62,005 nt of DNA, taken from positions 2,449,022-2,511,026 of the forward strand of contig BFEA01000002.1 of the NCBI GenBank assembly GCA_003427395.1, written 5' to 3'. Source of the stretch: Chara braunii (Eukaryota; Plantae; Charophyceae). The notes under the pieces are model-generated. The model ran no database searches. It was given only the letters and a program-made list of their open reading frames with translations, and was not told the origin of the DNA. A program made the position numbers and the translations under genes. Within the stretch, counting starts at the first letter, position 1; each line of letters starts with the position of its first letter. Shown here piece by piece: positions 25,617 to 36,950 of the stretch.

Positions 25617-26129
25617 ATGGCTGCGAGAACGACGGTTTGTCATCTCTTTCGCAATCGTGACGCAGCAGCAGAATGGATTGAATCCCCTGAACGCAATGGA
25701 GAGAGATTAAAAAGAGCGGGACGGGTTGTCTTTAATCCGTATGAGCTATACTCCAAAGAGGATATTCCACGATTCTGGGGTAGCAGCGCGAGGAATCCCC
25801 CTAGACGACTTATTTTCAGGTCAAGGGTTGGATTGGACCATCTTCACTATGAGTTCGCGTCGCCGTTTCCCGAACGTGATTTCGCCAGCATGAATCTGGT
25901 CGTGATGCAGCCGTACGAATTGAACCTTAGGATGAACGAAATTCCCGAGATAAGGTTGACGTTTGTTCGTTCTGTACTCTGGCTGAACGAACGGCAAGGA
26001 CCTTTCTTCAGAATATACCATACGAAACGAGTGTGTGCGAACAGGTTCAGTATCCTACGGGTTGAACCTTTCTCTGAGTATGCTTGGCAGGATGAGGAAG
26101 ACGAGCTCGAGGAAAGATTACGTGACTAA
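25617..26129 (+). CDS. Orphan 170-aa protein (element-borne accessory ORF A)
   Basis: ATG to TAA, globular-like composition, acidic C-terminal tail. Preceded by TTAAC..TTCTCGTCTTTTTCAG|ATG. Confidence 0.7.
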   Translation: MAARTTVCHLFRNRDAAAEWIESPERNGERLKRAGRVVFNPYELYSKEDIPRFWGSSARNPPRRLIFRSRVGLDHLHYEFASPFPERDFASMNLVVMQPYELNLRMNEIPEIRLTFVRSVLWLNERQGPFFRIYHTKRVCANRFSILRVEPFSEYAWQDEEDELEERLRD

Positions 26130-26153
26130 TGTAATTTCTGTTCTGACACGCAG

Positions 26154-26714
26154 ATGCCTGGATCACGACGCGACTTAACGACCTCGAGGTACCTGCTGGT
26201 GCACGATACACATGATGTCGATCTTATCAGAGGAGCGGATCAACTTTTACGGGTTCGAGACGAATCTCCTACTGCATGGATTGACTTCATTGGATTAATA
26301 CAGAACGACGAAGGATTTTTTCCCACTACACGCGTGAATTTCCGCGCAAATATGGCCCGGACTCAGGATAAGTTTTTCGGATACACCTTGTACTTCCACC
26401 GTGCGAGTAATCTACAATGTCTCTCACGAGTCATTGTGAGTATCACGATTACCTCGCCCGACAGACGTTTCGGCGTTATCCAGATCCGGGATACTGAGAC
26501 CAAACACTTGTTCGGACTCAGTCGGCCTTTCGGAGTCATAGTGTGGAGACTAGCCTCACGGATGACTTCCCTATATGGTACTCAAATTTTTAGAGTCATG
26601 CGAAGAGGGCGAGCGACAACCCTGGTACTTGACGACGACGAGCGTGCGCATCAACAGAAAAATTTCCCAGAATTAAATAATCATTCTAGAGTAATATTAC
26701 ATTCTAAATTTTAA
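26154..26714 (+). CDS. Orphan 186-aa protein (element-borne accessory ORF B)
   Basis: ATG to TAA, 24 nt after ORF A, with beta-strand-like patterning. Preceded by GACTAAT..TTTCTGTTCTGACACGCAG|ATG. Confidence 0.7.
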   Translation: MPGSRRDLTTSRYLLVHDTHDVDLIRGADQLLRVRDESPTAWIDFIGLIQNDEGFFPTTRVNFRANMARTQDKFFGYTLYFHRASNLQCLSRVIVSITITSPDRRFGVIQIRDTETKHLFGLSRPFGVIVWRLASRMTSLYGTQIFRVMRRGRATTLVLDDDERAHQQKNFPELNNHSRVILHSKF

Positions 26715-27989
26715 ATTTTCATTCCATCTAAAAAAATGTAATTCCAATTTTAAAATTTTCCGTCTTACTTGAAAACCTTCCTTCCAAGAATGGGGCATCC
26801 CTTCTTATTTGAACTGCATGCTAGAGATGGAATGAAAGTCTGGATGAGTTCATGAAATATTTTAATTGGACTGTCATTCTAAGTAAGGATTTCCAGTCAT
26901 AAATAGGTTAATCCAATCTAAATTAGACGATATTTGTTGTAATAGAATGAAAGTCTAATTAAAACATTTCATAAACTTGTCGAGACTTTCATTCCATCTT
27001 GAACAAATAGATGTAGTTGGAAGGAAAAACTCATATTTAGACGGGAACTTATTAAATTAAATTGAAAATTTTAGAATTAGACAAACATTGGAATGATAAT
27101 TTATAAATATGAAGGATTTTTTTTTTTATGAAATATTTTTTCAACTTTCATTTCTAATGGGAATTTTTCTGTTGATTTGGATTTCTAATGACGACAGATT
27201 TACCAGGGTTGGACGCCATTTTCTGGAAATCGTACTCAGATTCCAGAAAACCTCTAGCATAGACCAATCCCGTCGAGGAAGTCATATGATTATGACTTCA
27301 CGAGGTAATCTCAAAAACAAAAAACAAAAACACTTTATGTAGTTGGGATCGCCGGATGGATAGTATTCGGATTACCCCGATGATTTCACTATCATGCTTA
27401 TGCATTGAGGGGTAATCGTTCGCATAAAAATAAATTGAAAAAAGTAAAAAGCGAACATCTGGAGAAGATGCAAAACGTAATAATGAAGACGAAGTAGTGA
27501 GAGACGGAGCATTTCTGTGTTGATTCACTTGGTGTTGGAGATGAATACTCCGTCGTTCATGGAACAGAAAGAGTAATTATTGTCCAGGAGGACAAAGCGA
27601 CCAACATAATTTTTTATCTTGCTCCTCCAAGCAGTTGCATGGAACGGGAATGTGGTCAAACCGGGAGTTCAAACATCGACCAGGAAACAAATCACTTGTT
27701 GATCCGCATGGTACCAGTGATATTTACTTGCAGAAGTTAATCATGACAAGTTTCAGTAGTCCTAGTTGGATGGAATGGGAATGTGGTCAAACCGGGAGTC
27801 TTAGTTTATTTCTTTAATTAATAGTCTTGGAGTGACAATATAAAAATTTCTTCAGTCATACAGGTTGAAAAAGAGACACTTTGGCAAACCAGCTCATCAA
27901 GTCAACGGTTTGGATTGTGTGATTTTATTTTAAGGTATGAGAATTTCTATTGTTTTGATTACTAAGGGACTAAGGATTGTTTTCATGGT

Positions 27990-28455
27990 TGGTTGAGACT
28001 GTCCTAGTCGACCGACGTACGTGTCGTACTTGGGAGATCAGCGCCCCAGGGAACGATCGGCGTTCGGGTCCATTCGGCGTTTAGCCAAACATTTTCTATA
28101 CTGCAGCGAGACGAGCAAACGCCCTCGGCTGATCTACCTCTGCGATTGCATTTAAAAGTCTTCGCACGTGGGTTAGTAGCTCGGTAGGGATACGCCCCTA
28201 AGGGTTGTGACAACCTCTTAGGGATGCAAGCTTATGCCCCGCGAGAACCTGTCCTGTCGTAGGGGACTGCGGGATGTACAACTGGCGCACCCGGCTAGAG
28301 CGGCGAAGGAGCGATGCAACCGCGTCCGTTGCGACGGTTCGCGGAAATGTTATGCGTCGATCCCAAGTTGTCTGTTGAAGTGTGTTTTAGGTAAACTCCT
28401 GCGTGACATGGCCGGGAGGGCCCTCGTTTTTACGCGAGGGTCGATGCGCTCGACA
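27990..28455. mobile_element. 466-bp solo LTR nested near the end of 24698-28470
   Basis: TG...CTCGACA termini and 5-bp TSD ATGGT (27985-27989, 28456-28460). Homologues at 39235-39580 and 50090-50525. Confidence 0.8.
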
Positions 28456-28866
28456 ATGGTTCTTTACACAACACCACCACCTATCTCAAAGGTAGCATAT
28501 TCCACTTGTCATCAACAGTGAGTCTGATAAAGTAACGACCCCCTCCCCTTCGTAGCATACCAATGCCAAATGCCTTGGGCCAGAAACTCGGTCAAAAGAG
28601 TACGGCCCGTAGTGGCAACGAGCCGACCGTTACTTAGCGGCGAAGACTATTGCATTGCGATGGCGCACACACAAACAAGTGACTTCGATTACCGAGCCCG
28701 TTGAGCAGCCTGCCGATGTGCAAGACGAGAAGGAACCATGTCACAAGACATAGGAAGTTACCCCGCTTCCGTGTCGCTCACGCAGCAAGATAGAGTGGGC
28801 TGCTTCCTCCGACAGGGTGAGAAATGCACTGACCAACAGGTAATCATCCGACCCTGATGTCGTTGT

Positions 28867-28906
<40 letters not shown>

Positions 28907-29839
28907 TCTCATGCTCAACCGTCGCCCGTAGCTTGCTACTTCGCTTAGAAGCATACGAGTGTACCAGGCAACCAACATGGCCAGGTCCCAACAAGCCAAA
29001 GAACCAAAGCCGCAACAATGAACCCACGACTGAACACGACCAGCGATTGGCAGCGAGCATGCTGCCACGTCTACCGAAAACATCCGGGCGATAACGAGTA
29101 CCTAACGAGCCTGCAATGACTCGGAGTTGTACTTTAATAAAAACGAATGAATTTGCCCCTAAAACATGGGCAGATATATTGTCATGCTCAAATCCAGCTC
29201 TTGGGCGGAACCTGTAGTGTCAACCCCAGCCAAACCACTAATCTGTAGGCAAAACTGACACTGCCATTAGACTCGCAGCGCCCCAAAACCCCCGTTCAGC
29301 AACTGCCCTTGCCCGATTTCGGCCGAAAACAGGAGAGATATGCGTTTTTCCATCTCCTTCTTCTTCGTTTTCCCTCCATCTCCGTGCACATCATTTCTCT
29401 ACTATCTCCTCTCCTACGAACTTTCTACTCCAACTAATATCATATTCGGATTCGCAAGGCCTAAAAACTCCAGAAGCAGATCTTCACTCGCCCGTTTTCA
29501 TTAAAGCGCGGGTGAGTTAAGCAATTTTCGCTCCAACCATAGCCACTTTCCTCCGTTGCCGCACAACTCCCAACTTCTATCACTCCCAAATTGGTCCCCC
29601 TTCGCCAAACTAACACCGTCCTCATGTTCGCCCCGTCTTGAAACCCCAACTTCGAGCTTTGGTTCGCCTGATTCCGTCAAGAATCGGGCGAGCTGTAGCT
29701 TTTTTACTCCGCCATGGCCACTCCCCCCATCGCCTTCGTCATAGTCCTCTCCTTGTCGATGTCATCCCCACTCCCGTTTCGCAGTGCAAATAGCAATGCC
29801 CAGTCCGGCAGTTCTAGGTAAGTGAGATTGTTCAGCAGT

Positions 29840-30430
29840 GCTTGCTATTTGAGAGACTTCCGACGGAGACCGGCCACAAGCCGGTTTGATTAGTCTTTCG
29901 CCCCTATGAGTACATTCGACCAGCGACCTTTAGACCGGTGTGGCTGCAACCTCTGCCAACACCCCTTCTGACCTTGTTTCTACACAAGCAGGTTTGAAGC
30001 AGCGTTTGCTGCTCTCCATGCCCTTGGCAACAGACCCACGCATGAACTTTTCACAGGAGTCCGTTGAGTGAAGGGCGCAGGCTTACTGCAAACCTGCAGC
30101 GTAAGCCTTGGTAAGTTGGGCCCCGATGCAGATCTTGGTGGTAGTAGCAAATATTCAAATGAGAACTTTGAAGACTCAAGTGGGGGCGGGTTCCGTCAGA
30201 ACGGCCACTGCAGCCAGTACCGTTGCGGGCCTCCGGCCTGGTGTCCCTACTGTTACAGGTGAGTTCACCATCACGCGTGGCCAAGTGGGCATGCTCACAC
30301 TCAAAACCTCTCACATCAGAGCGTCTCCAAGTGGAACGCAAAGGAAGCCACGTCCTCGGACATGCAGGGAACCCGATGGGCCCACAAAAAACGAGACGCA
30401 TGCTGAAGGTCTTCGACTTCCATATCGGTC
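29840..30430. pseudogene. Rearranged nuclear LSU (25S/28S) rRNA-derived segments
   Basis: Antisense GGTTTGATTAGTCTTTCGCCCCTAT (~29883). Sense GCAGATCTTGGTGGTAGTAGCAAATATTCAAATGAGAACTTTGAAGAC (~30129). Antisense AGTTCACCATC...GGCATGCTCACACTC (~30262-30302). Confidence 0.9.
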
Positions 30431-31604
30431 ACCCGTGTCTGACCAAGTGGTAGCCGAGTCAGGCCCCCGGGGCCCAACGTCGGTCTCGGAACCGGTCACT
30501 TGGTCATAAAACAGCCGTAAAGGTAAGGGGACTAGGGGCCGCGCATCCCGCTGGCCTGTGACGCCGCGTCCCGCTAGGCTGCGCGTGGTTGCGCCTTGCC
30601 GTCGATACCCCACGTGCGCCGCTCACTTGGGCGAGGATCTAAACTTCCTCCTGCGAGTGTGCCGTCAACTCTAGTCAAGGCCGCACCGACGTGACCTACA
30701 AAAAACACGCCAAATACCTTTGTAAGGGTACTTGGTACGACACCGGTACCTTACCTTTTTTGGGACTGGTACCTACCTTACCCATTTTGTGAAGCATCTC
30801 ACCCATCCATCCCATTTTCCAGCAATTTTTTCAATACCTAGTTAAAAAATGGGTCTGGAAACCCACGTCGTTGTAGCTTCATTTTCAGAGCGAGTAAAAA
30901 TGTGCCTCACCGCCAGGCAGAGTGCCCATGTCATAAGGGACATTTTTGGTGTCTCGCATTGAAAGTGCTACAGGGTCTTGGCTTACCACTCACCAACTTG
31001 ACAACAAGTGTGAAAAATGGAATGCATAATAGAGAATGTATCATCGGGTAGAACATGTAAAGGTACATCTTCTGCCATAGTTTTTACTTTTTGCGCATTT
31101 AGTGCGTAGTGCAAAGACGTCCATAGTTCTATGCATTAGTCAAGCCTTCTGAGGAAATATTAACACTAGGCCTTTCTAAACTCAGCTCAGGACATGATTG
31201 TGGTCAAATGCATCCAGGTGCAACCGTGATTAGATACATATAGAAAAATGTTAGTGTCAATTTGTGCCGGGTGGAGTATTCAATACTACATGTACCGAGA
31301 AAGGTGCCATGGACAGTTGGTGCTTCAACTAGTGTTCAGAAGAGTCCGGAGATGAATCGAGGACTTCTGACTCAAGACCTACTGACACCGGCACGCAAAA
31401 TTGCAAATTTTGCATTGGTTATTCTGCGCTTATGGGGAACCACCTGGTCACACAACTCTCCCATATCTAGCACAAAATAGAAAAGACACAACTGCGACTA
31501 GTCCTTCAAATCAGAATTTACGCCCCGTGCACTCACGTGGTGCAAGGCACAAATGTTTAATGGTGAATGAAGAGAGAAATCACAAGAAATATATATATAT
31601 ATAT

Positions 31605-31721
31605 AGGGTTCAGCCTCCTGATGAGTCAGTGAAACTCCGACGAAACAGTTTGTCACAGCCCCTCGTTTGTTGTCCTCTTCTCTCTCTCTGCCTACGGTTT
31701 ACCGGACAGTTCTGTTTGTGA

Positions 31722-31723
<2 letters not shown>
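31605..31723 (+). ncRNA. Hammerhead-bearing short insertion in a (TA)n tract, 5'-truncated at the cleavage site
   Basis: AGGG TTCAG CCTC-CTGATGA-GTCAG TGAAACT CCGAC-GAAA-CAG. The 5' arm of stem III and the GUC triplet are absent, replaced by (TA)n. Confidence 0.85.
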
Positions 31724-31756
<33 letters not shown>

Positions 31757-31758
<2 letters not shown>

Positions 31759-32553
31759 GGGTCACCAGCCCGTACGTACGGAGGTCCCCGGGGAGGCCTC
31801 CGTACGTACGGGCGTTAGGGGTCCCATACGGGGTCCGAACCCGACGGCGTTCGGCCCCCGCTGAAAATTATTTCGAGGCCTAAAAATAATTATTTTTTTT
31901 TAATTGTTTTTTTGTGAGTTCTCTATGACGTGAGGTACATGCCTGTAAATGTTCAAGTCATTTGGCTAAGCCAAATAAAAATTAAAAATCGCCAAAGATG
32001 GCGGTGTCAAAACGTGCTCGCCCACGTATTTTTTCACTTTTTACTTTATGTTCTCACTTTAGTTCGGGGTCTAAACAATTTTTTTATTTTTTGAATTTTT
32101 TTTAGTGGGTTTTGTATTATGTGAAGTACACATCTGTAAATTTTCAGGGCATTTAGCTATGCCAAAAAGAAATAAAAAATCGCCAAAAATGGCGGTGTCG
32201 AAAACATGCTCGCGCACTCACTAAATTTTTAATTCTCTTTTTATTTTTATTTATTTTTATTATTAGTATTTATTTTCCGTATTTTATTTTTATTTCAAAT
32301 TTGGTAAGGAATTAGGATGTAATGCTCAGGCAAATCTTGTTTAATTTATTTTTCTCCATAACATTTTTTTTTTTTTTAGATTTGTTTTGATGATTTTTTT
32401 TTTTNNNNNNNNNNNNNNNNNNNNNNNNNNNNNNNNNNNTTTTTTTTTTTTTTTTTTTTTTTTTTGGTCTGAGGCCGGCCCGAACGGCCGAACGCATCCC
32501 CAAGGGTCCCATACGTTCGGGCGTTCGGCCCGTCCCGAACGCCGGTTATCCTG
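31757..32553. mobile_element. hAT-type MITE inserted in a (TA)n tract
   Basis: TIRs CAGGGTCACC / GGTTATCCTG. 8-bp TSD TATATATG on both sides. Subterminal CCGAAC/CGTACG repeats. Confidence 0.88.
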
Positions 32554-32725
32554 TATATATGTATATATATATATTGCGGGCACCTCCAAAAAATACGTAT
32601 GCCCATGACCCGCCAACCATCTTAAATCTATGTACACATATACATGAATTTGCTTAATACACCGAACTTGTGACGGTAACAGTTCGATAAATTTTGCAAT
32701 TTTATGTGCTAGTGTGAGTATGCGC

Positions 32726-33420
32726 TCATAGGGTCATTCCACCAACACACTTCAAGGAAATTCCTCGAAGTAGTAGAGACTCCACTGCACAGGTGATAAT
32801 TTTTTTCTTTGCAGACGTAATGACGTCTGAAGGGGGGGAGAACTTGCTCGGTGTGGTAGAGCTTGCTCGACGCAAGCTGTCTCATTCATTACCTTGAGGA
32901 TGGCAAGGTGAACTCTATAGCCAAGTTTTTCCTTTTCCTTCGATGGAGCAGTAGGTTGACGGGCAGGCTGAAGATGTTCGTGTGCGCATTCTTATGTGAG
33001 ACAATGTGCGTTGTGTGGAACATTATGCGTTCCCAATTCATTTTCTGCACCATGTCATCTCATCGCTGCCCTCATAGGGTCATTTCACCAACACACTTCA
33101 AGGAGATTCCTCGAAGTAGTAGAGGTTCCACTACACAGGCAACATTTTTTTTGTTTGCAAACGTAATGATGCCTGAAGGGGGGAAAACTTGCTTGATGTG
33201 GCAGAGCTTGCTCGGCGCAAACTGTCTCATTCATTACCTTGAGGATGACGAGGTGACGAGGTGAACTCTATAGCAAAGTTTTTCATTTTCCTTCGCTGGA
33301 GGAGTAAGTTGACGGGCAGGCTGAAGATGTTCGTGTGTGCATTCTTATGTGAGACAACATGCGTCAGGTGGAAGATTATGCGTTCCCAGTTCATTTTCTG
33401 CACCACGCCGTATCATCGTA
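32726..33420. repeat. ~345-bp tandem duplication
   Basis: TCATAGGGTCATT.CACCAACACACTTCAAGGA at 32726 and 33072, collinear thereafter. Confidence 0.9.
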
Positions 33421-34023
33421 GAGGAACACACACGTCTTTCCTAAGCGCTCCATGCAGTGGAGCCTCACGTATTCTTACGGTAACTCCGTAGTGCTTACTT
33501 TAAACCACCAGTGCATTTTTCAACCATTTTCCTCCGACACAACTGCATCTGCGGTGCATCTCATAGGATGCATTAACTTGCCATTTTGGTTGAAAATATT
33601 TAGACAGCAGCGCGATACTTGTTTAAAGTTGTTTGAAAATGTATACTTATTTATTTTTCATGGTAATATGCTTGTTAAAAAAGTAGCAAAACATCCAGGC
33701 ATCACAAAAATTATAAGCGATTAGAATTTTATCTATTTTTATGGTAATCTGCCTATTAAAAAAATAACATTTTTTTTTCTTTTTAAATAGTAAAAAAAAA
33801 CGTATACTTATTTAGACAAACAAGATAATTTATTATTATATATGGATAAAATATTGAACATTCTTCTTGTACGAAGTGTTTGGGGTGAGGTAGATTGATT
33901 TTTCTGGCACCAGTTTTATGCAATAGAATCGGTTCCGGTACTTTCAAGGGGGCCCGTGGGGTTGGGGTTTCGGGGGGTGTGACGCCCCAAGGATGTGGAG
34001 GGGGTCGTAGTGGGGTACCCCCT

Positions 34024-34288
34024 TTGTTAGAAGGTGCAAAATTAATTGGAGCGGGCTATGCAACAATCGCATTAGCTGGAGCCGCTGTAGGTATTGGAAA
34101 CGTGTTTAGTTCTTTGATTCATTCTGTTGCACGAAATCCTTCATTGGCGAAGCAACTATTTGGTTATGGTGCGCCGTGCGTAAGAGGACACACGAAGTGC
34201 TGCGCCCTCGTCGACATATTCTCTGGGCGTTGGTCACGACTCTCTCTGGCCAGCCGAAAGAAACCAGTTTTCTGGTGACCAACCTTCA
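34024..34288 (+). pseudogene. atp9: NUMT: mitochondrial atp9 exon 1 plus the 5' end of a group II intron
   Basis: [47 protein letters not shown] (34024-34168), then GTGCG at 34169, i.e. an intron after nt 145. Confidence 0.95.
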
Positions 34289-34289
34289 N

Positions 34290-34565
34290 TTATAACCAAG
34301 ATTAGCGATGTAACTCCAACGCCACATAACGGATGTCGTCCTCCTAAGAAACGCCGCGTATAATATCATATCATCGCTTCTGAGGATTGGCAGAGGCACG
34401 AACGAAGGAAGTGCTGGCGAGCCTCTGCCGCATTGATTTTGACAAAATCGGCGATTTGGGTAATCAACGATAAATGGTCTTTGTTTTGATACAAACAAAA
34501 AGAAGATGGCTATGTTAGAAGGTGCAAAATTAATTGGAGCGGGCTATGCAACAATCGCATTAGCG
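34290..34565 (+). pseudogene. atp9: NUMT: probable atp9 upstream region plus first 20 codons, truncated at (GA)n
   Basis: ATG at 34506 gives [20 protein letters not shown], identical to the first copy where they overlap. Confidence 0.9.
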
Positions 34566-34849
34566 AGAGAGAGAGAGAGGGGGGGGGGGGGGGGGAGGGG
34601 AGGGGGGGGAGAGAGAGAGAGAGAGAGAGAGACTGGGGGTATGTGGGGGGCAAGGGTTATAGGGCCTAGTGGGGATGTTGGAGGTGGCGGACAATAGCAT
34701 CGTCTCGGTCATAGCATATGCAGAAGAAACAATTAGAGGAACTATCTTGTGGACGTTATGGACATTATGGAACTCGGCGGTGAGAAGAGGAGAGCGTCTC
34801 ACATCACCAATGGACCAGGTGTGAGCAGAAAACAACAATTTCGTTAAAG

Positions 34850-36950
34850 CGAACATTTTTTATTTTTTTTTAAACAAAATTGAAACCGACCAAATTGGCG
34901 TGAATCCACCCGATTCAGGTCAAAAGTTTTAGCTCTTGAGGGTCTGGCGTTCTTAAAATGTCAGACCCCCTAGATGTATCTTGACTTCGCTGGAGTCCTG
35001 GGGGGAGTGTTTTAAGAGCGCTGGACCCCCTGGATGTATCTGGGTTTTGCTAAAGTCCAGGGGGTCTGACGTTTTAAGACTCCTCGGGGCACTGGGCTCG
35101 GAATAAGGGCGTCATTAGACACTCCTCAGGGCGTCCTCGGGCTCTGAAGATGAATCATCGGGGAAATTTTGGAATTTTGGCGGTGTCGTTCCACCTATCC
35201 TCGGGGACTTCCCACGACCAATTTTACACGATTATACGCAGCCGCGAGAGGTGTGTCCATGGTCTGGTTTGGGATGTCCGTTGCCGCCCAAAAAAGAAAA
35301 AAGAAAAAAAAAGTTGGGAATGTACACGTCTAAAATTTTAAGTTTGAGTTCCGGCGAGGGATGATGGCTAGGCAATACACAGGAATTCCTATTGAGGCGG
35401 TTATGCAGTGGATATGTTATTTTCCTTGCCATCCCTTTTGCACTGTCTCCTTCTCGCCCCGTTGAGTGATGATGATGCCGCTCAGTGCGTGGTGGAAGGC
35501 GTGCTCGACGAAGAGGTCCGTCATCAGGCCGGCTCCTCGAGTGACAACGCGCGGTAGCTTCGAGCGTGAGGTTCGTTGGGCGAAGACCTCTATTGTGCCA
35601 TCATCCGTTCCAGTCGCCTGAGGACGTGTCAAGTGCAGCCGACGTAGCGAGTGGACGTGGATGTTGAGGATGCGTGTACACGGGAAAGGAGGCAGGCTTG
35701 CGGGTGACCACGTCTTTTCGAAGTCCGTGGGCAATGGAGGGTGGGGGGGGAGATGGGTGTCCAATGTTGACATCCATTGAGAAGAGGACGGCGGTGGCGG
35801 CGGCGCTGACAGTCATTGGCTGGTGTCGGGTAGGCAGAGCGTCTAGCCGCATGAAGGTGAAGCTATTGAGGCACAGGCAAAGGATGCTGATACAGAGAGT
35901 TGTCGACGCCCCAGACTGTATGGCACTTTCGGACGTTGTCGCTCATTTGTGCGCTGCCCTGGGCTTTGGTGTGCTCCCTAGAGCGACGCCAAGATGGTGG
36001 ATGAAATAGAGAACGGGCGGGACGTGCGGAAATCTGCGGGTGTTGATGACGAGACAGCCGCCTGCGTGCTTCCATGGGAACACTCCGGTGATGTGATGAT
36101 CCCCCCACCCCTGCAGGCAGTGTGCTGTTCGTCAGTCGTTTGTCCATCTTGCTTCCCTTCTTCAACGACTGCCTCGTGTGGCTCCTTCCAGGAAGTCGTC
36201 TTAGGAAACACAAGCGGAACACGACAACCACCAGAAAAACAGCACAACGGTGAGCAGCAACAGCGGCAGCAGCATCCTGTGGTGCAGGTCAGCCATGAAC
36301 GACACATGAAAGAGGTTAGTGTGAGCACGTATCTTGTGAAATGTGCACACAGTCACGATGCACCACAGTTAGGAACAATTCAAGAGTATGCATTGTCGTC
36401 CACATAGCACCCGCCACCAAAACCATAAATTCAAAATGAATGACTGTTGGAGACCCCACCAGAGCGCCACGACCCGAAATGAGGCGACTGAAAATGACGA
36501 TGCACCCCGCCTCCGTCCAACGCCAATGGTAAACGGACGAGGCCATAGGAGGGTGTCCATGATGTTGAAGGCCGATAATGTCCGTCGCCCGGCCCCTGGA
36601 CCACGACTGGACCACCTTTGGCCTCCAATTTTTCTTCTACGCTCGATGCCAACACCCCGTGAATTGTGGATCCTTGGGCTCCAAAGGACCTTGCGGGGTC
36701 CCTTGGAGCTGAGGACGATTTGCCTAGGGAATCCTCGGAACCTGAGGATTTGTCCTCGGAGTGTTGTCACATTTTCTTTTCGAAAACCGGCTTTGAGGAC
36801 AGGTGAAATGACGACGAAATCCTTGGAATCGCACCCCCAAGGAGTGTTTGACGATGCCCAGAGGGCGTCAGACCGGCCGGTATGGGAAAGTCGGCAGGTC
36901 GTACCACCGTAAAATCTAAAGACGACTGAAAAATTAATACAACCCTGGCC
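34850..36950. mobile_element. Possible decayed DNA transposon with loosely inverted, repeat-rich subtermini
   Basis: GGGCGTCATTAGACACTCCTCAGGG (~35107) resembles the reverse complement of ~36835-36860. Clustered CCTCGG/CCGAGG-like motifs. No recognisable transposase. Confidence 0.3.

Larger units (their letters stand above)
24698..28470 (+). mobile_element. Large solo-LTR-like insertion carrying accessory ORFs
   Basis: TGTGTGAACC...GGTTCTTTACACA termini. Exact 5-bp TSD ACACC (24693-24697, 28471-28475). Confidence 0.8.
24501..30742 (+). mobile_element. Solo-LTR-like element carrying LSU rRNA-derived segments (copy A, ~2.5 kb without the nested insert)
   Basis: Ends TGTTGAGAGG...TACCTTTGTAAGGGTACTTGGTACGACA match the reverse complement of the ends of 42896-45723. 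Internal homology too (e.g. 29668-29697 vs 44864-44896). TSD not clean; orientation inferred from splice donors and a CT-rich tract. Confidence 0.65.
31375..32725. mobile_element. PIF/Harbinger-like MITE hosting later insertions
   Basis: Imperfect ~33-bp TIRs (AGACCTACTGACACCGGCACGCAAAATTGCAAA / TTTGCAATTTTATGTGCTAGTGTGAGTATGCGC) and 3-bp TSD TCA. Related termini at ~1116, ~5194 and ~39607. Confidence 0.6.
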
